In this document: in pieces, positions 62,938 to 64,000 of the stretch
Layout: every line of letters starts with the position of its first letter
Position numbering within the stretch: position 1 is the stretch's first letter
Origin: Thermoproteota archaeon
GTDB taxonomy: Archaea; Thermoproteota; Thermoprotei_A; Sulfolobales; Ignisphaeraceae
Length of the DNA: 64,000 nucleotides
NCBI GenBank assembly: GCA_030550585.1
Contig: JAUQPB010000004.1
Coordinates: 32,001-96,000, forward strand
Reading direction: 5' to 3'
Notes under the pieces: model-generated
The model's database searches: none
Told to the model about the DNA's origin: nothing
Seen by the model: the letters and a program-made list of their open reading frames with translations, nothing else
Program-made: the position numbers and the translations under genes

Positions 62938-64000
62938 GAGGCTTGGTGCAGCAGTTGGATGCAGAATTAGATTGCTACTGCGAAGCAACATTGTATTCGA
63001 AGGTATTCTAATGCCTCATCACGAATTTAGCGAAGCTGATATAATTGTTATTAAACTTGACAATGGTTACAACATAGGCATATCGATTAGAAGAGTCTCC
63101 AAGATAGACGTTGTTGAGTGTAGAGAAAGAGTGGAGGCGAAGCCACAGGAGGTTAGCCAAATCCAAAAGCCTGTTGTCAAAATCCTTGGATGTGGAGGGA
63201 CAATAGCTAGCAGAGTTGAGTATGAGACTGGCGCTGTAAAACCTGCTATGAGCCCAGCAGAGCTTATGGAGATAATACCTGAGCTAAAGAATCTTGCAGG
63301 CTATGATGTTGAGGTATTATTCAACATTCTCAGCGAGGATATGACACCATCTCATTGGAGGTCTATTGCAGAATCCGTCTACAAATCAATTGTAAGCGGC
63401 GTTGACGGTGTTGTTGTTGCCCATGGCACTGACACCATGAGCTATACAGCAGCTGCACTAGCTTTCTCTATCCAAGGCTTGCCAATGCCAGTTGCTCTCG
63501 TAGGTGCTCAGAGAAGTAGCGATAGGCCAAGTACCGATGCCGCTCTCAACCTCTTGGCAGCTGTTCTAACAACTCTTAGAGCACCTTTTGGAGAGGTTGC
63601 TGTTGTTATGCATGCAACACCATCAGATACAGAGACATTTGCGCATAGAGGTGTTAAGGTGAGGAAGATGCATAGTAGTAGAAGAGATGCTTTTCAGAGC
63701 ATCAACGACCTCCCACTTGCGAGAATAGATCTAGCAAAAATGGAGATAAATACCATCAATAGCAGGTTTATTCCAAGAGCTAAAAGCGCTGATGAAACAA
63801 GATTTTTTGCATCATTCGATGACAGAGTTGCTCTGGTTAAGGCCTATCCAGGTTTCCAGAGCGAGATAATAGATTTTCTAGTTGATAGAAAGTTCCACGG
63901 CATAGTCATTGAAGGCACGGGGCTGGGGCACATAGGAAGCTATGCTATAGAATCTATTAAGAGAGCCGTTGAAGAGGGTATAGCAGTTGTTATGACAACA
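62921..64000 (+). CDS. gatD: Glu-tRNA(Gln) amidotransferase subunit D (runs off the window; native 5' end appears replaced)
   Basis: Frame reads FEGILMP...KLDNGYNIG...GGTIASRVEYETGAV...HGTDTM...GAQRSSDRPS...RKMHSSRRDAF...GTGLGH. Not in the ORF track because there is no stop codon in the window. Confidence 0.93.
   Translation, partial: MCLHLERLGAAVGCRIRLLLRSNIVFEGILMPHHEFSEADIIVIKLDNGYNIGISIRRVSKIDVVECRERVEAKPQEVSQIQKPVVKILGCGGTIASRVEYETGAVKPAMSPAELMEIIPELKNLAGYDVEVLFNILSEDMTPSHWRSIAESVYKSIVSGVDGVVVAHGTDTMSYTAAALAFSIQGLPMPVALVGAQRSSDRPSTDAALNLLAAVLTTLRAPFGEVAVVMHATPSDTETFAHRGVKVRKMHSSRRDAFQSINDLPLARIDLAKMEINTINSRFIPRAKSADETRFFASFDDRVALVKAYPGFQSEIIDFLVDRKFHGIVIEGTGLGHIGSYAIESIKRAVEEGIAVVMTT

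Overview
Archaeal chromosomal DNA, most likely from a hyperthermophilic crenarchaeote (Desulfurococcales/Ignisphaera-like). This is inferred from GGTG/GAGGTG ribosome-binding sites, TATA-type promoters and genes such as AGOG glycosylase, archaemetzincin, archaeal class I aldolase, gatD and a ferritin-encapsulin fusion. About 55 genes are present: a sugar-catabolism cluster (GH2 beta-glucuronidase, an unusually long transaldolase, isomerases, kinase, aldolase), GH12 and GH20 hydrolases, a 2-oxoacid:ferredoxin oxidoreductase, TldD/PmbA, an ECF transporter and housekeeping genes. The most notable feature is a ~3.8 kb insertion (47389-51184) that splits a dolichol-kinase-like membrane gene. Its right half is an IS607-family element with an in-frame 'mini-TnpA' lacking the catalytic domain, an apparently intact TnpB and a structured omegaRNA. 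Its left ~2.1 kb is captured cargo DNA. Other oddities: a circularly permuted glutaredoxin-like protein; two abrupt gene-fragment junctions (rbsC-like/rhamnulokinase at ~10760, VWA/gatD at ~62933); two genes that seem to need ATA start codons; an unannotated zinc-finger microprotein; and a C/D box sRNA. I saw no tRNA, rRNA or CRISPR array. All calls come from motif recognition by eye; no database searches were run.
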